Part shown: piece by piece, positions 16,122-17,063 of the stretch | How positions within the stretch are numbered: the stretch's first letter is position 1 | Layout of the letters: each line of letters starts with the position of its first letter | DNA from: Elainellaceae cyanobacterium | Lineage (GTDB): Bacteria; Cyanobacteriota; Cyanobacteriia; CAZCXK01 | Reading direction: 5' to 3' | Assembly (NCBI GenBank): GCA_051117555.1 | Contig: JBNPEG010000177.1 | Coordinates: 1 to 17,063 of the forward strand | Length of the DNA stretch: 17,063 bases | Notes under the pieces: model-generated | Database searches by the model: none | Told to the model about the DNA's origin: nothing | Seen by the model: the letters and a program-made list of their open reading frames with translations, nothing else | Made by a program: the position numbers and the translations under genes

Positions 16122-16286
16122 AAGTTGGGCTAGGTGAGCGTGTAGCATTTTGCCTTATTACGCCAGAATAGTCCGCGAGAATAGGCGGATGGTGAGGGGA
16201 AATGCTCAGAGCAATAGGTATAGAGAATGTAATGGCTGAGATCTAAGAAGTTCTTTTAATACAGCGGATGCGATGATGCCGATCGT

Positions 16287-17063
16287 ATGAATTCTCAAGA
16301 AGCCCTGACACTTGTCGAAGCCATTCTCACCGAAACGCGGTTAAACAAACTGCAACGCACGGTCTTTTGCGATGCCTGGAATGACAAGTCGTATTTAGAA
16401 ATCGCTCACTCGTCTGGATATGAGTTGGGATATGTCAAGCAAACGGGGTCCCAATTGTGGCAATTACTTTCCCGCGTGCTCAACGAGCGGGTCACAAAGC
16501 ACAATCTTCATGGCGTGCTGAAACGAAAAGTAGCCAGTGAAATGGGCACTCCTGCGTCTAGCAAGACGATTTACGGGCGGGATGCTCGTCCTTCCAATGG
16601 TTTGGATACGGCGCATCGAGACGATGGCCTTGATTCACAGCCTGATTCCCCTCATGTTGACTGGGGAGATGCGATCGAAGCCGCTGCGTTTGTCGGTCGG
16701 ACGGCAGAGCTTGATCGATTTGAGCAGTGGATTCGACAGGATTGTTGCCGATTATTGGGGCTGTTTGGGATGGGAGGGATCGGCAAGACCTCTCTGTCAG
16801 TTAGATTGGCAAAGCGCCTAATCCAGCCTGATGAGAGTTTGCGATCCGCTCAGCAAACTCAGGGTATCCATTCTGATATACCCTCCCAATGTGACCATCA
16901 CTCAACCTTCAATCCAGGTTTTCGCTATGCCATCTGGCGATCGCTCCGCAATGCACCTCCGTTGACGGCTCTCCTGACAGACTTGATTCAAGTTCTCTCA
17001 GACCAACGAGAAACCAATCTGCCGGATACCCTTGACGGGCAGTTGCGCCGCCTCCTTCACTAC
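16287..17063 (+). CDS. Cyanobacterial HTH + NB-ARC STAND protein (family usually carries C-terminal WD40 repeats), partial
   Basis: Not in the ORF track because it has no stop in the window. Reads MNSQEALTLVEAIL...SYLEIAHSSGYELGYVKQTGSQLWQLLS...VTKHNL (HTH), then DWGDAIEAAAFVGRTAEL, Walker A GMGGIGKT, IWRSLRNAPP. Open to the window end (259 codons). Confidence 0.9.
   Translation, partial: MNSQEALTLVEAILTETRLNKLQRTVFCDAWNDKSYLEIAHSSGYELGYVKQTGSQLWQLLSRVLNERVTKHNLHGVLKRKVASEMGTPASSKTIYGRDARPSNGLDTAHRDDGLDSQPDSPHVDWGDAIEAAAFVGRTAELDRFEQWIRQDCCRLLGLFGMGGIGKTSLSVRLAKRLIQPDESLRSAQQTQGIHSDIPSQCDHHSTFNPGFRYAIWRSLRNAPPLTALLTDLIQVLSDQRETNLPDTLDGQLRRLLHY

Larger units (their letters stand above)
2950..16944. 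repeat. HIP1 octamer GCGATCGC, about 20 dispersed copies
   Basis: Seen at 2950, 3965, 4679, 4727, 4965, 5193, 5387, 6532, 8139, 8351, 8624, 8835, 9840, 10259, 10784, 11164, 12267, 13022, 13772, 14356 and 16937. Hallmark of cyanobacteria. Confidence 0.9.

Noticed and set aside
15957..16286. Guanidine or purine riboswitch upstream of the ABC/hydrolase operon
   Set aside because: No ykkC, mini-ykkC or purine aptamer motifs recognised on the minus strand.
16537..16821. 94-aa ORF
   Set aside because: Out-of-frame overlap with the HTH-NB-ARC gene starting at 16287.

Overview
Cyanobacterial chromosomal window; about 20 HIP1 octamers (GCGATCGC) counted by eye. In order: (i) the 3' end of an ISAzo13-like element inserted into an IS630 transposase just before its first catalytic Asp codon; (ii) a ~690-bp AT-rich region with several palindromes; (iii) a co-oriented five-gene cluster of stand-alone protoglobin-like globin, Roadblock/LC7 (MglB-like) protein, two tandem MglA/CvnD-like small GTPases and an effector-less NB-ARC/TPR STAND ATPase, which is the best candidate for an uncharacterised gas/redox-sensing G-protein system; (iv) a Uma2 endonuclease and a small hypothetical gene; (v) an intergenic region with a ~120-135-nt rod-like hairpin and a MITE-like unit containing nested REP-like and mini-hairpin repeats; (vi) a creatininase-family gene; (vii) a minus-strand cluster with a BMP/CUT2 ABC importer, biuret hydrolase (biuH), triuret hydrolase (trtA) and a Xi-class glutathione transferase; (viii) the 5' part of an HTH-NB-ARC STAND gene running off the window. 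All family calls come from motif recognition and recalled sequences, not from database searches.
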